The position numbers and the translations under genes are program-made. Shown here in pieces: positions 53,664 through 64,000 of a stretch of 64,000 bases of DNA. The stretch comes from Betaproteobacteria bacterium. Lineage in GTDB: Bacteria; Pseudomonadota; Gammaproteobacteria; Burkholderiales; SG8-41. The stretch is taken from assembly GCA_025363435.1 (NCBI GenBank), contig JANYDY010000039.1:10093-74092 (forward strand), read 5' to 3'. Each line of letters begins with the position of its first letter. The stretch's first letter is position 1. The notes under the pieces were generated by a model, which saw only the letters and a program-made list of their open reading frames with translations, was not told the origin of the DNA and made no database searches.

Positions 53664-54539
53664 CTATTTCTGCGGTTTGCTGTTTTTGAAGTATTTAAAG
53701 AACTCCGAATTGGGATCGAGCACCATCACATCGCTCTTGTTCTTGAAACTCTGACGGTACGCTTCGAGGCTGCGATAAAACGAATAGAACTCGGGGTTCT
53801 GTTCATAGGCGCGCGCGTAAATCGCCGATGACTTGGCGTCGCCCTCGCCTTTCATGCGCTGCGCTTCGCGGTAAGCCTGTGCGATGATGACTTCACGCTG
53901 CTTGTCGGCATCGGCACGAATTTTTTCCGACTCTGCGGCACCGGTCGAACGCAATTCGTTAGCGACGCGTGTGCGTTCAGCCTTCATGCGGCCGTAAACC
54001 GACTCACTGACTTCGTTCGGCAAATCGACGCGCTTGAGTCGAACATCGAGCACCTCGACGCCGATCTTCTGCGCGTCCTCGTTGGCCTTCTGGCGCATCA
54101 ATTCCATGATCTTGTCGCGCTCACCGGAGACGACATCGTGCACCGTGCGGTTGCCGAACTCGGCGCGCAGGCCGTCGTTGATGGTCTGCAACAACCGCGT
54201 CTGCGCCTGGGCTTCGTCGCCTCTCACGCTGATGTAGTACTTCTCGACCTCGGCAATGCGCCACTTGATGAAGAGGTCGACCAGCACGTTTTTCTTTTCC
54301 GAGGTCAGAAAACGCTCCGGCTCCGGCGTATCGATGGTCAGCACGCGCGTATCGAAATAACGCACGTTGTCTATCATCGGCAGCTTGAAGGCCAGCCCCG
54401 GCTCCTTGATTACTTTTACGATTTCACCGAAACGCAGAACAATCACGTTCTGGCGTTGATCGACCACAAACAAAGACAACGAAAGCACAATCAGCAAAAT
54501 CAGCGTGCCGGCGAGCACCCCTGCAATGTTATTTTTCAT
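53664..54539 (-). CDS. hflC: Protease modulator HflC
   Basis: 291 aa with an N-terminal TM helix plus an SPFH/band-7 domain. Its ATG overlaps the hflK stop (TAATG). Confidence 0.94.
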   Translation of the reverse strand: MKNNIAGVLAGTLILLIVLSLSLFVVDQRQNVIVLRFGEIVKVIKEPGLAFKLPMIDNVRYFDTRVLTIDTPEPERFLTSEKKNVLVDLFIKWRIAEVEKYYISVRGDEAQAQTRLLQTINDGLRAEFGNRTVHDVVSGERDKIMELMRQKANEDAQKIGVEVLDVRLKRVDLPNEVSESVYGRMKAERTRVANELRSTGAAESEKIRADADKQREVIIAQAYREAQRMKGEGDAKSSAIYARAYEQNPEFYSFYRSLEAYRQSFKNKSDVMVLDPNSEFFKYFKNSKPQK

Positions 54540-55735
54540 TAACGCGGCTCCCGTTCACGGCTGCGCAAACCCTCGCGCGAACGGCTCGCCGCCGGCGGAG
54601 TCACTTCGGAACCCGGGCTTGCATCTGCCGGCCTGCTCATTGCATCAACCGGCGGCGCCACTGCAGGTGCTGCCATCTGCATGATTTTATCGAGCGGCAG
54701 ATAGAGCAAATTGTTGCCGCTCTTCTGGTCAACCAGTATCTTGCTGGAGTTGGTCATGATTTCCTGCACGGCATCGAGATACAGGCGGTCGCGCGTCACG
54801 CCCGGCGCCTTGTTGTACTCGGTAACAATCTGGCGAAAACGGCTGGCGTCACCTTCAGCGCGTTCGATTACGCGCTGTTTGTAGCCCTCGGCCTCCTGCA
54901 ACAGCCGCGAGGCGGTGCCGCGCGCCTTCGGTATCACGTCGTTGGCGTAGGCCTGGCCTTCATTTTTCTGCCGCTCGCGATCCTGCCCGGACTTCACTGC
55001 ATCGTCAAACGACGCCTGCACCTGCTCCGGCGGTTGCGCGTTCTGCATTGTCACCTTGCTGATGCTGATGCCGGTTTTGTAACGATCAAGCACTTCCTGC
55101 ATCAGTTTCTGTGCGCGCACTGTGATTTGCGCACGCCCCTCCTGCAGCACAAAATCCATGGTGCTGCGACCGACGATTTCACGAATAGAAGTTTCAGCCG
55201 CCTGCAGCACCGAGTCGTCGGGACTGCGATTGTTAAACAGGTAATCGCGCGGGTCTTTCAACACGTATTGAACCGCGAACTGGATATCGATGATGTTTTC
55301 GTCATCGGTCAGCATCAGCGATTCTTTCGGCACCTTGCTCTTGACCGAATTGCGATAACCGATTTCCACCGTGCGCACCTGCGACACATTAACCACCTCG
55401 GCGGTCTCGACCGGATACGGCAGGTGCCAGCGTGGTCCGGGCTGCGTTTCCTCGACAAATTTGCCGAAGCGTAGAACGATGCCGCGCTGGCTCGCGTCAA
55501 CAATATAGAATCCGCTCGCCAGCCACACCGCAACAACCAGTGCCGCCAGCACGCCAACACCGCCGCCGAGTTGCGCCATGCCTGGACCATCGCCGGACGG
55601 ACCGTCGCCACCACCGCCGCCCTTCTTGCCGAACATGGCGCCGATCTTGCGATTGAAGTTACGCATCAATTCGTCAAGATCCGGCGGCCCCTGATTGCCG
55701 CCGCGTTTACCCCATTGCGGATCGTTGATCGACAT
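54539..55735 (-). CDS. hflK: FtsH protease activity modulator HflK
   Basis: Trimmed to the ATG at 55735 (MSINDPQWGKRGGNQGPPDLDELMRNF), a typical HflK N-terminus, followed by an SPFH domain. Confidence 0.93.
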   Translation of the reverse strand: MSINDPQWGKRGGNQGPPDLDELMRNFNRKIGAMFGKKGGGGGDGPSGDGPGMAQLGGGVGVLAALVVAVWLASGFYIVDASQRGIVLRFGKFVEETQPGPRWHLPYPVETAEVVNVSQVRTVEIGYRNSVKSKVPKESLMLTDDENIIDIQFAVQYVLKDPRDYLFNNRSPDDSVLQAAETSIREIVGRSTMDFVLQEGRAQITVRAQKLMQEVLDRYKTGISISKVTMQNAQPPEQVQASFDDAVKSGQDRERQKNEGQAYANDVIPKARGTASRLLQEAEGYKQRVIERAEGDASRFRQIVTEYNKAPGVTRDRLYLDAVQEIMTNSSKILVDQKSGNNLLYLPLDKIMQMAAPAVAPPVDAMSRPADASPGSEVTPPAASRSREGLRSREREPR

Positions 55736-55821
55736 CAATGCAATCAGCGCGCGGCACATGCGCTCGCTGACAAAGCCGCGGAATGACCGCCAGTAGCTAG
55801 TCATGCTGAAATAATCCTGTG

Positions 55822-56943
55822 TCAAGCTGCCGCGGATCGCGCAACCGGAATGCGGGTTGCTGCGGCAGATTCTTCCAAAGTCGAACGTAAGAGATCAAGT
55901 CCGGCGCCGGTTTGGGCGCTGATCCTGACCGCACAAATTTTACCATACTCGTCGCGTTCAACCCGGGCGCTGTCGTCGCAAAGGTCAATCTTGTTGTAAA
56001 CGAGTATTTGCGGCAGATCTGCCGCGCCGATTTCAGCCAGCACCGCGTTGACCGCTGCAATCTGCTCGTTTCGCGTCGGACTGCTCGCATCGACCACATG
56101 CAGCAGCACGTCGGCCTGTACCGCCTCTTCCAGCGTGGCGCGAAAGGCCGCCACCAGCGTATGCGGCAGCTCGCGTATAAAACCGACCGTATCCGAAAGG
56201 ACGACCTGCGCACCGCCCGGCAAAAACACCCGCCGGGTCGTCGTGTCGAGCGTCGCAAATAACTGGTCTGCGGCGTATGCGCCGGCACGGGTCACGGCAT
56301 TGAACAGCGTACTTTTCCCGGCATTGGTGTAACCCACCAGCGAAACCGAGAGCACATTCGCGCGGTGCCTGGCGCGGCGCTGCACTTCGCGCTGATTGGC
56401 GTGGCGCGCCAGTTTGTCCTTCAATACTTTGACGCGTTTTCCCAACAGGCGGCGGTCGGTTTCCAGCTGTGTTTCACCGGGGCCGCGCATGCCGATACCG
56501 CCTTTTTGGCGCTCAAGATGGCTCCAGCCGCGCACCAGGCGCGTCGCCAGATGTTCGAGCTGCGCCAGTTCGACCTGCAACTTGCCTTCGTGGCTGCGCG
56601 CGCGCTGCGCGAAGATATCGAGAATCAAACTTACACGGTCGATCACCCGCACCTGCAGTTTTTTCTCGAGATTACGCTCCTGCGCCGGCGACAACTCGTG
56701 ATTGAAAATAACCAGCCCGGCGTGGTGCTGCGCCAGTGCCGCAGCAATTTCCTCAACCTTGCCGGTGCCGGCGAAATAAGCCGGATCGGGGCGCTGGCGA
56801 CGCCCGCGCATGGTCGCAGCAACGCCGATGCGCGCGCTTTGCGCCAGTTGCACGAGTTCTTCGGTGGATTCGGCGTAGCCGGGCTCGCCAAAATCAAGGC
56901 TTACCAGCACCGCCTGGGAAGCGGATCCCGGACGATCAAACAT
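55822..56943 (-). CDS. hflX: GTPase HflX
   Basis: 373 aa with G1 motif LVGYTNAGKSTLFN, G3 DTVGF and G4 NKID. Confidence 0.95.
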   Translation of the reverse strand: MFDRPGSASQAVLVSLDFGEPGYAESTEELVQLAQSARIGVAATMRGRRQRPDPAYFAGTGKVEEIAAALAQHHAGLVIFNHELSPAQERNLEKKLQVRVIDRVSLILDIFAQRARSHEGKLQVELAQLEHLATRLVRGWSHLERQKGGIGMRGPGETQLETDRRLLGKRVKVLKDKLARHANQREVQRRARHRANVLSVSLVGYTNAGKSTLFNAVTRAGAYAADQLFATLDTTTRRVFLPGGAQVVLSDTVGFIRELPHTLVAAFRATLEEAVQADVLLHVVDASSPTRNEQIAAVNAVLAEIGAADLPQILVYNKIDLCDDSARVERDEYGKICAVRISAQTGAGLDLLRSTLEESAAATRIPVARSAAA

Positions 56944-56972
56944 CAGTAACGCAATACGGCGTGACGAAAAGG

Positions 56973-57212
56973 CTAACTCTCAGGGGGAGAATCCACCGTC
57001 ATATTGACCGGACGCGCCGGCACCACGGTCGAAATCGCATGTTTGTAGACCATTTGCGTAACCGTGTTTTTCAGCAACACCACATACTGATCAAACGACT
57101 CGACCTGCCCCTGCAATTTGATGCCATTTACAAGGTAAATGGAGACCGGAACATGCTCCCTGCGCAGGGCGTTCAAAAACGGGTCTTGTAGCAGCTGCCC
57201 CTTAGTACTCAT
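56973..57212 (-). CDS. hfq: RNA chaperone Hfq
   Basis: 79 aa with [43 protein letters not shown]. Confidence 0.98.
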   Translation of the reverse strand: MSTKGQLLQDPFLNALRREHVPVSIYLVNGIKLQGQVESFDQYVVLLKNTVTQMVYKHAISTVVPARPVNMTVDSPPES

Positions 57213-57288
57213 GTTGGCTCCATCATGTTATTGGTATTCGTCATCTCACTGTACTGCATTTTCCGGGGATACGCCATATCGTGCGAAA

Positions 57289-58641
57289 TCAGCGTTTGGC
57301 ATGCCTGCGCTCGTAGGGATTCATGCCCTGTCGGAACTCGATTTTGAGCGGCGCCCCGCGCAATTTGAACGCATCCCGGAAGAAATGTTCCAGATAACGG
57401 CGATAAGTTTCAGGGATCCGTTCAAGGCCGCTGCCGTGGATGATGACCCGCGGCGGATTGCTGCCGCCCTGATGGGCATAACGCATCTTCGGCCGGAACA
57501 TGCCGACCCGCGGCGGCGCCTGCTTGGCAACGGCCGCCATCAGGGCGCGTGTCAGCTTGGGCGTCGCCAGTTTGGCCATCGCCGACTGATAGGCGACTTC
57601 GATCGAAACGAACAGTTTCGGAATGCCGGTGCCGGCCAGCGCCGAGATGTGATGCACCTCGGCAAAGTCCATGAAATTGAGCGTGCGCGCCAGCGTCTGT
57701 TTCGCCCACTCGCGCTGCTGCACCGTCAGGTTGTCCCATTTGTTGACGGCAACCACCAGCGCGCGGCCCGCATCCAGCACGTAGCCAGCAATATGCGCGT
57801 CCTGATCGACGATTTTTTCGCTGCCGTCGAGCACCAGCACAACAACGTTGGCATCTTCGATCGCCTGCATCGTTTTCACCACCGAAAATTTTTCGACGGC
57901 GTCTTCGACGCGGCCACGCCGGCGCATGCCGGCGGTATCGATCAGGGTGTATGGCCGGCCGCCGCGCTCGAAGTCGATATAGATGCTGTCGCGCGTGGTG
58001 CCCGGCACTTCGGACACGATCACACGATCTTCACCCAGTATGCGATTGACCAGTGTTGACTTGCCGGCGTTCGGCCGCCCCACCACCGCGATGCGCGGAT
58101 GCTTGGCGATTTCCTCGGCTTCTTCAGGCGGACGTTGCAGCGGTGCATCCGGAAATTCAGCGAGGATCAGATCGGCCAGTTCACTCACACCCTGGCCATG
58201 CGATGCTGAAATGACCAGCGGATCACCCAATGCCAGCTCATGAAATTCCGCGGCGACATTTTCCGGGCGCATGCCTTCGGCCTTGTTGACCACCAGCCAC
58301 GACTTGCGACCGGTCTTGCGCAGCTGTTCGGCGATGATGCGGTCATGCGGCGTCAGCCCCTGCCGGCCGTCAACCAGCAGCACAACGCCATCGGCTTCGT
58401 CGATCGCCTGCAAGGTTTGCCGCGCCATCGAGCGCCTGATGACATCTTCGGTCTCCGCTTCGAAACCCCCGGTGTCGACCACCAGATAACGCTTGTCGCC
58501 AAGCCGACCGCGCCCGTAGTGACGATCGCGCGTCAGCCCCGGCATGTCGGCTACGATGGCGTCACGGCTGCGCGTCAGGCGGTTGAACAGCGTCGATTTG
58601 CCAACGTTCGGACGGCCGACGATGACTAGAGTCGGAATCAT
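57289..58641 (-). CDS. der: Ribosome biogenesis GTPase Der (EngA)
   Basis: 450 aa with two tandem G domains ([12 protein letters not shown] and [12 protein letters not shown]) plus a KH-like C-terminus. Confidence 0.97.
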   Translation of the reverse strand: MIPTLVIVGRPNVGKSTLFNRLTRSRDAIVADMPGLTRDRHYGRGRLGDKRYLVVDTGGFEAETEDVIRRSMARQTLQAIDEADGVVLLVDGRQGLTPHDRIIAEQLRKTGRKSWLVVNKAEGMRPENVAAEFHELALGDPLVISASHGQGVSELADLILAEFPDAPLQRPPEEAEEIAKHPRIAVVGRPNAGKSTLVNRILGEDRVIVSEVPGTTRDSIYIDFERGGRPYTLIDTAGMRRRGRVEDAVEKFSVVKTMQAIEDANVVVLVLDGSEKIVDQDAHIAGYVLDAGRALVVAVNKWDNLTVQQREWAKQTLARTLNFMDFAEVHHISALAGTGIPKLFVSIEVAYQSAMAKLATPKLTRALMAAVAKQAPPRVGMFRPKMRYAHQGGSNPPRVIIHGSGLERIPETYRRYLEHFFRDAFKLRGAPLKIEFRQGMNPYERRHAKR

Positions 58642-58696
58642 GGCCTAGACAATGCACTGCAACTGCAACGCCGTGGCTATACCGTGGCTGCCGTGG

Positions 58697-59857
58697 TTAC
58701 TGCACGGCAATCGCATAAACCCCGCCCTTCAACGTCTGCACGATAATATTGTCGTCAAGCGTAACCGGTTGCGCGATGACCGGACTGCCGTCGGTGGCGA
58801 CGCGCGCGACAAATGAGCCATCCTCGCGCGACATGAAGTGTACATAGCCCTGCAGATCGCCGACCGCAAGATAGCGCCCGGCCAGCACCGGTGCTGTCAC
58901 ATTGCGACCGTACAATTTATCCTGTTTCCACAAACTGGCGCCGTTGCTGCGATCGAAAGCGACGATCGCGCTTTTTTCGTCTGAGGCGTAGATATTGCGT
59001 GTATCCATGGCCAGTCCGGAGACACTGGAAAAATCGCGCGCCCAGATCAATTCACCTTTGACCGTGCCAAAACACGCCACGCGCCCCTGATACGCGGCGG
59101 CGCAGACCTGCCTGCCATCGGTCACCGGCACACTTGAGACGTCGGCAACGCGCTCGAGTTCTGTGGCGCCTTTGGGCTGCGCGACTGTCGACTCCCAGAT
59201 CAAATTGCCGTTGGCAGCCGCAACCGCGACCAGCCGGCCGCCCGGAAAACCGGCAAATACCGCGCCGCGAAAAGGCAGCACCGTAACGTGGGTACGCACG
59301 GTGAGCGCCGGCAGGGTGCGCTGGTAGATCCATTTGCGCACACCGGTGGCGACATCGAGTCCGAATAAACGCCCGTCGCCGCTGCGCACAATGACGATTT
59401 CCTGCTCCACTTGCGGCGAACTCAGCACATCGCTGGTAATTTGCGTTTTCCACAATTCCTTGCCGGCGGCGTCGTAGGCCAGGACCTCGCCTTTCGGCGT
59501 GCCGACGATGATCATGCGCTTGTCACCGCCGACACCACCGGACAATTGGCCCTTGGTGTCAATACGCGACAGCTGCTTGCCGCTGGCCGCGTCCAGGCGC
59601 GCGATCTGACCGGCTGCGCCGGCAATTGCAACAACCTTGTCACCGACCAGCGGTGTAAATACAAAACGCTCGGCCGACCCCGCGCTGGCCTGCCAGAGAA
59701 TTCTGGTCGTCGCAGTCGGTTTGAGCACCACCAGTTCCGCAGGCTTGATCACCGGCCCGCTGCCGAACCAGCGATCGAAATAATCACCGACCGGCGTCGA
59801 GCACCCACTGCTCAACGCGAGCAGCAAAAGCGCCGCAGTGAGGCGTAAAAATTTCAC
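58697..59857 (-). CDS. bamB: Outer-membrane assembly lipoprotein BamB (PQQ-like beta-propeller)
   Basis: 386 aa with a GTG start at 59857 overlapping the yfgM-like stop (GTGA). It has lipobox LSSGC and repeated propeller blades. Confidence 0.9.
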   Translation of the reverse strand: MKFLRLTAALLLLALSSGCSTPVGDYFDRWFGSGPVIKPAELVVLKPTATTRILWQASAGSAERFVFTPLVGDKVVAIAGAAGQIARLDAASGKQLSRIDTKGQLSGGVGGDKRMIIVGTPKGEVLAYDAAGKELWKTQITSDVLSSPQVEQEIVIVRSGDGRLFGLDVATGVRKWIYQRTLPALTVRTHVTVLPFRGAVFAGFPGGRLVAVAAANGNLIWESTVAQPKGATELERVADVSSVPVTDGRQVCAAAYQGRVACFGTVKGELIWARDFSSVSGLAMDTRNIYASDEKSAIVAFDRSNGASLWKQDKLYGRNVTAPVLAGRYLAVGDLQGYVHFMSREDGSFVARVATDGSPVIAQPVTLDDNIIVQTLKGGVYAIAVQ

Positions 59858-60495
59858 TTGGTGTCGCCTAATGCTTCCAGTTTTCCCTGGATAATGCCGC
59901 GATAAGGACTCTTGGCGTCAGTCTTGTCCAGCGCTAGCTGATACGCGCCGCGTGCGTCGGCGGCTTTCTCCTGCGCGCTGAGTATGTCACCGCGCAAATC
60001 CGCGAACAACGCGGTCATCGCCTCGACCGGTACAGACTGCAAGGTGGCGAGCGCCTCATCGTACTTTTTTTCATCAAGCAGGACGACCGCGAGGCGCAAA
60101 CGCGCCAAATCCCGCGTGCCATCGTCCTTGGCGCGATCGACTACCCATTTCAGGGAGGTGCGCGCCTCGGCAAAATTACCGGCATCGAATGCCGCCTTGG
60201 CGCCGGCAAGCGCTGCGAACTGCGCATAGGCTGTGCGCGGATACTTGTCCATCATCGCCGTGGCGATGTCCTGCACTTTTTTCGGCTCGCCGCTGCCGAC
60301 AGCACCCTGCAACTGGACGAACAACTCGCCGGCCTCCAGCGACTGCCGGTCGCCATAGCCACGCCAGCCGAAGTAACCGCCAATCGTCAACGCGATGACC
60401 GTGATGAGCAGAATTACGGCGTTGCCGTATTGCTTCCACCACGCTTTAAGCTCGTCTATCTGTTCCTGCTCTTCAAGATCGTAAACCGCCATCAT
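59854..60495 (-). CDS. YfgM-family membrane-anchored TPR-like protein
   Basis: 213 aa. The N-terminus [18 protein letters not shown] is followed by a single TM helix and a TPR-like periplasmic part. It sits in the conserved hisS-yfgM-bamB-der order. Confidence 0.85.
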   Translation of the reverse strand: MMAVYDLEEQEQIDELKAWWKQYGNAVILLITVIALTIGGYFGWRGYGDRQSLEAGELFVQLQGAVGSGEPKKVQDIATAMMDKYPRTAYAQFAALAGAKAAFDAGNFAEARTSLKWVVDRAKDDGTRDLARLRLAVVLLDEKKYDEALATLQSVPVEAMTALFADLRGDILSAQEKAADARGAYQLALDKTDAKSPYRGIIQGKLEALGDTK

Positions 60496-61751
60496 TTCCC
60501 CCGTATCAAATCCACCGCCTGCGCAAGCGCGCAGCGCGTCTGTTCACCGTTGCCGCGCAATGGCTTCACCGTCAATTGTTGCGCTGCCGCCTCGTCGTCA
60601 CCGATGATCACGGCAAAACGCGCGCCGCTGCCGTCGGCCTTCTTCATTTGCGATTTAAAACTGGCACCGCTGCAATCAAGCCCCACTGCCAGATCGTCAT
60701 TGCGCAGCGCCTCGGCGACCGAGAACGCATAACGCGCCGCCGCTGCCCCCTGATGCACGACGTAAACGTCAGCGGCGCGCGGCTCGGCGCGCTGCGCATG
60801 TTGCATCAGTTCGAGCAGACGTTCAACACCCATCGCAAAACCACAGGCCGGCGCAGCTTTTCCGCCGATCTGTTCGACCAGACCGTCGTAGCGGCCGCCA
60901 GCACATACCGTGCCCTGCGCGCCCAGACTCGCGGTAACCCATTCGAATACGGTGCGGTTGTAATAGTCGAGGCCGCGCACTAGCCGGTTATTGAGCGTGA
61001 AGGCAACGTTCGCCGCCTTTAACAATGCCTGCACGCCCTCGAAATGTTGCATCGACGCGTCGTCGATATCGTCGAGCAGGCGCGGCGCATCTGCAATCAG
61101 GGTTTGCATTTGCGGATTCTTGCTGTCCAGTATGCGTAACGGATTTGTCTGCAAGCGCCGTTTCGAGTCGGCATCAAGCGCTGCTTCGTGCCCGGAAAAA
61201 TATTCGACCAGTCGCACACGGAAACGTTTACGCGCTTCACTATCGCCGAGCGTATTGAGTTCCAGCGTAACGTCACTGATGCCCAGCGTGCGCCACAGGC
61301 GCGCGCACATGACCATATGCTCGGCATCGATGTCGGGGCCGGCGTAACCCAGCGCCTCGACGCCAACCTGATGAAACTGGCGATAACGCCCCTTCTGCGG
61401 CCTCTCGTGGCGGAACATCGGGCCCATGTAGCACAGGCGTTGCGGCCCCGCGTACAGCAAATTGTGTTCGATCGCGGCGCGCACGCACGACGCCGTGCCT
61501 TCAGGCCGCAACGTCAGGCTCTCGCCATTCATCTCATCGACAAAGGTATACATCTCCTTTTCGACAATGTCCGTCACTTCGCCGATCGCGCGCACGAACA
61601 ATTCGGTGCGCTCCAGTACCGGCATGCGGATGGTTTTATAGCTGTAAGCGTGCAGCCAGTCGCGAACGCAGTCTTCGAATTTTTCCCACCATTGCGCCTG
61701 CTCGGGCAGCACGTCGTTCATCCCGCGCACCGCCTGTATGCGTTCGCTCAT
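60492..61751 (-). CDS. hisS: Histidine--tRNA ligase
   Basis: 419 aa with class II motifs ([23 protein letters not shown]). Confidence 0.97.
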   Translation of the reverse strand: MSERIQAVRGMNDVLPEQAQWWEKFEDCVRDWLHAYSYKTIRMPVLERTELFVRAIGEVTDIVEKEMYTFVDEMNGESLTLRPEGTASCVRAAIEHNLLYAGPQRLCYMGPMFRHERPQKGRYRQFHQVGVEALGYAGPDIDAEHMVMCARLWRTLGISDVTLELNTLGDSEARKRFRVRLVEYFSGHEAALDADSKRRLQTNPLRILDSKNPQMQTLIADAPRLLDDIDDASMQHFEGVQALLKAANVAFTLNNRLVRGLDYYNRTVFEWVTASLGAQGTVCAGGRYDGLVEQIGGKAAPACGFAMGVERLLELMQHAQRAEPRAADVYVVHQGAAAARYAFSVAEALRNDDLAVGLDCSGASFKSQMKKADGSGARFAVIIGDDEAAAQQLTVKPLRGNGEQTRCALAQAVDLIRGK

Positions 61752-62974
61752 GATTGCGCCGTGTAATGCTCGCGCACGTAGCGGTCGATCAACGCCTGAA
61801 ATTCGCCGGCAATATTGTCGCCCTTGAGCGTCACCGATTTGACGCCGTCAATGTAGACAGGCGCTACCGGATTCTCGCCCGAGCCCGGCAGACTGATACC
61901 GATATTGGCGTGCTTGCTTTCACCCGGCCCGTTGACGACGCAGCCCATGACCGCGACGTGCATGTTTTCAACGCCGGGATGCTCTGAACGCCAGACCGGC
62001 ATTTGTGCGCGCAGATAAACCTGGATCTTGTCGGCCAGCACCTGGAAAAAAGTGCTGGTCGTGCGGCCGCAGCCCGGGCAGGCAATCACCAGCGGCGTAA
62101 ACGACCGCAGCCCCATGGTCTGCAACATTTCCTGCGCCACCACCACCTCGCGCGTGCGGTCGCCGCCGGGTTCCGGCGTCAGCGACACGCGTATGGTGTC
62201 GCCGATACCTTCCTGCAACAACACCGCCATCGCCGCCGTCGAAGCGACAATCCCTTTCGAACCCATGCCCGCTTCGGTAAGCCCGAGATGCAAAGGATAA
62301 TCGCAACGTTTTGCCAGATCGCGATAAACCGCAATCAGGTCCTGCACACCGCTGACTTTGCACGACAGGATGATGCGATCGCCGGGTAAACCAAGCTGCT
62401 CGGCCTGCTGCGCGCTCTCCAGTGCCGATTGCACCAGCGCACGCCGCGTCACAATCTGCACATCATCTACAACTGTCTGACGCGCGTTTTCATCCATCAA
62501 GCGCGCCAGCAATGCAGGATCGAGGCTGCCCCAGTTGACGCCGATGCGCACCGGCTTGTTATAGCGGCAGGCAAATTCGATCAGCTTGGCGAATTGTTCG
62601 TCGCGTTTGCTGCCCTGACCGACATTGCCCGGATTGATGCGCAGCTTCGCCAGCGCCTCGGCGCAGGCCGGATGCTGGGTCAGCAGACGATGGCCGTTAA
62701 AATGAAAGTCGCCGACCAGCGGTACATCAATACCCTTGGCGGCAAGTTGATCCCTGATATGCGGCACCGCCGCGGCCGCCTCGGCGGTATTGACGGTCAC
62801 ACGCACCAGTTCGGAACCGGCGCGGGCGAGTGCCGCTACCTGCGCTACCGTGCCGGCAATGTCCGCGGTATCGGTATTCGTCATCGATTGCACCACCACC
62901 GGCGCACCACCGCCTACAGCGACACCACCCACTATTGTTTGACGCGCGCTGCGCCGCGCAAGCACCCCGTACAT
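61748..62974 (-). CDS. ispG: 4-hydroxy-3-methylbut-2-en-1-yl diphosphate synthase (flavodoxin)
   Basis: 408 aa with [10 protein letters not shown], and the CPGCGRT and GCVVNGPGE Fe-S ligand blocks. Confidence 0.97.
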   Translation of the reverse strand: MYGVLARRSARQTIVGGVAVGGGAPVVVQSMTNTDTADIAGTVAQVAALARAGSELVRVTVNTAEAAAAVPHIRDQLAAKGIDVPLVGDFHFNGHRLLTQHPACAEALAKLRINPGNVGQGSKRDEQFAKLIEFACRYNKPVRIGVNWGSLDPALLARLMDENARQTVVDDVQIVTRRALVQSALESAQQAEQLGLPGDRIILSCKVSGVQDLIAVYRDLAKRCDYPLHLGLTEAGMGSKGIVASTAAMAVLLQEGIGDTIRVSLTPEPGGDRTREVVVAQEMLQTMGLRSFTPLVIACPGCGRTTSTFFQVLADKIQVYLRAQMPVWRSEHPGVENMHVAVMGCVVNGPGESKHANIGISLPGSGENPVAPVYIDGVKSVTLKGDNIAGEFQALIDRYVREHYTAQS

Positions 62975-62976
62975 GA

Positions 62977-63864
62977 CTATTCGAGCGTCAGTCGCGCAAC
63001 ATCGACCTGCGTATGCGGCGCAAGATCGACCACGCGGTCGTTAAACAGCATCCTGACTGCAGCCGCATTGCCGATCACCAGGCGCAGCGGCGGCTGCCCG
63101 CTCACTGCCTGCGATGTTCCGGCCGGATTCAATTGCGAAAATATGATGCGCCCCTGCCTGTCGCGAACCTCGACCCATGATTCGCGCGTGAACATCATGC
63201 GTATCACCTGATCGTTGGGGCTGCGTTCCACCGCCGGCGGCGCGCTCGCGGCCACCGCCTCGGTGCGCGGCGCCGGCGGCACCGGCGTTGCGACAGGCGA
63301 CGGAGTTGCCGGCGCTACCGGCGCGGCGGACGTCGCAATGACCGGTACAAGCTGCACGTTTTCCGTTGTCACTGTGCCCGCCGGTTTCGACTCGGAAATA
63401 ATTTTGGCTTGCGGCAATTCAACCGCACTCGTGTCAACCACCGCCGGTGCGGAATCATCGCCATAAAATTCGTAGCCAACCAGCGCCGCAACAATCACCA
63501 GTGCGCCGATTGCATAGGGCCGCCAGTTGAAATTCTGCTGACCGGGAAATGGAATGGCCTCACTCGCGGCAGGCTCCGGCACTGCCGGCGCCTCAGTCTT
63601 GATCTGACCGGCGATCTCGGCGAGCAAGGGTGTCGGATCTATTTTCAGCAGCCGTGCGTAATTACGAATAAAACCGCGCACGAAAACCGGTCCGGGCAAA
63701 CGTGCGTAGTCGCCGGTTTCCAGCGCCTCAACCTGCCATGGCGACAACTTGAGGTGACGCGCCGCATCGGCAATCGCCAAGCCCGCCGCCGTCCGCGCCG
63801 CCGTCAGTTGGCCCGGCGCAACAACCGCTGCCGGCTGCGCCGCCTCGACTGCGCCTTCGCTCAT
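62977..63864 (-). CDS. rodZ: Cytoskeleton protein RodZ (HTH plus TM plus periplasmic domain)
   Basis: 295 aa with an N-terminal HTH region [16 protein letters not shown]...[13 protein letters not shown], one TM helix, an Ala/Pro linker and a C-terminal DUF4115-like part. Confidence 0.88.
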   Translation of the reverse strand: MSEGAVEAAQPAAVVAPGQLTAARTAAGLAIADAARHLKLSPWQVEALETGDYARLPGPVFVRGFIRNYARLLKIDPTPLLAEIAGQIKTEAPAVPEPAASEAIPFPGQQNFNWRPYAIGALVIVAALVGYEFYGDDSAPAVVDTSAVELPQAKIISESKPAGTVTTENVQLVPVIATSAAPVAPATPSPVATPVPPAPRTEAVAASAPPAVERSPNDQVIRMMFTRESWVEVRDRQGRIIFSQLNPAGTSQAVSGQPPLRLVIGNAAAVRMLFNDRVVDLAPHTQVDVARLTLE

Positions 63865-64000
63865 TCGTAGAGGCCTGCCGCCAAAGCACGCGCTTCACGC
63901 GATTCCGGAAAATTCTTTTGCAGTTGAAAAGCGAAGCTCTGCTCCGCATTGCGGTCGCCGAGCCGGCGCTCGACCCGCAGGGCGAGCCACAAAAACTCGG
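63861..64000 (-). CDS. pilW: C-terminal 46 codons of a TPR protein, probably type IV pilus biogenesis/stability protein PilW (gene continues right of the window)
   Basis: Hand translation of the reverse strand gives ...[45 protein letters not shown]. The stop overlaps the rodZ ATG (ATGA). The position upstream of rodZ-ispG matches the usual pilW slot. Confidence 0.55.
   Translation of the reverse strand, partial: EFLWLALRVERRLGDRNAEQSFAFQLQKNFPESREARALAAGLYE

Overview
GC-rich, very gene-dense chromosomal segment with about 67 protein genes and 2 tRNA-Leu genes. The gene order is what I would expect from a betaproteobacterium (inference from synteny only). Left to right: nuoG'-F-E-D-C-B-A; leuU-secG-tpiA; glmM-folP-ftsH-rlmE; yhbY; DUF4149-greA-carB-carA-dapB-bamE; fur; recN; nadK; hrcA-hemH-grpE-dnaK-dnaJ. 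Next comes an accessory-looking patch at about 28.1-36.7 kb: secreted AlgH-like protein, XdhC-like protein, malonyl-CoA decarboxylase, CoxG-like protein, Bug-type binding protein, GST, TylF-like methyltransferase, an unrecognisable 378-aa protein and a NupC-family transporter. After that: cysS; a TPR protein plus L,D-transpeptidase pair; ppiA-ppiB-lpxH; dnaB; rplI-rpsR-priB-rpsF; an orphan ShlB/FhaC-type (TpsB) outer-membrane transporter; rlmB-rnr; tRNA-Leu(CAG); and purA-hisZ-DUF2065-hflC-hflK-hflX-hfq-der-bamB-yfgM-hisS-ispG-rodZ-pilW'. I found no CRISPR array, transposase, integrase, phage genes or recognisable defence genes, and no clear-cut novel multi-gene system. The items I cannot explain with known families are: (1) the 378-aa protein translationally coupled to the NupC-family transporter; (2) the partner-less TpsB inserted between rlmB and rpsF, with a 19-bp direct repeat next to the rpsF promoter; (3) a short dispersed repeat (ACAGGATTGAGGA...) at three gene boundaries, which builds a nested hairpin in the dnaK-dnaJ spacer; and (4) orphan XdhC/CoxG-like genes around a malonyl-CoA decarboxylase. 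All protein calls come from reading the supplied translations for family motifs and synteny; no database search was possible. Coordinates include stop codons. Several ORF-track starts were trimmed to the first plausible start codon.
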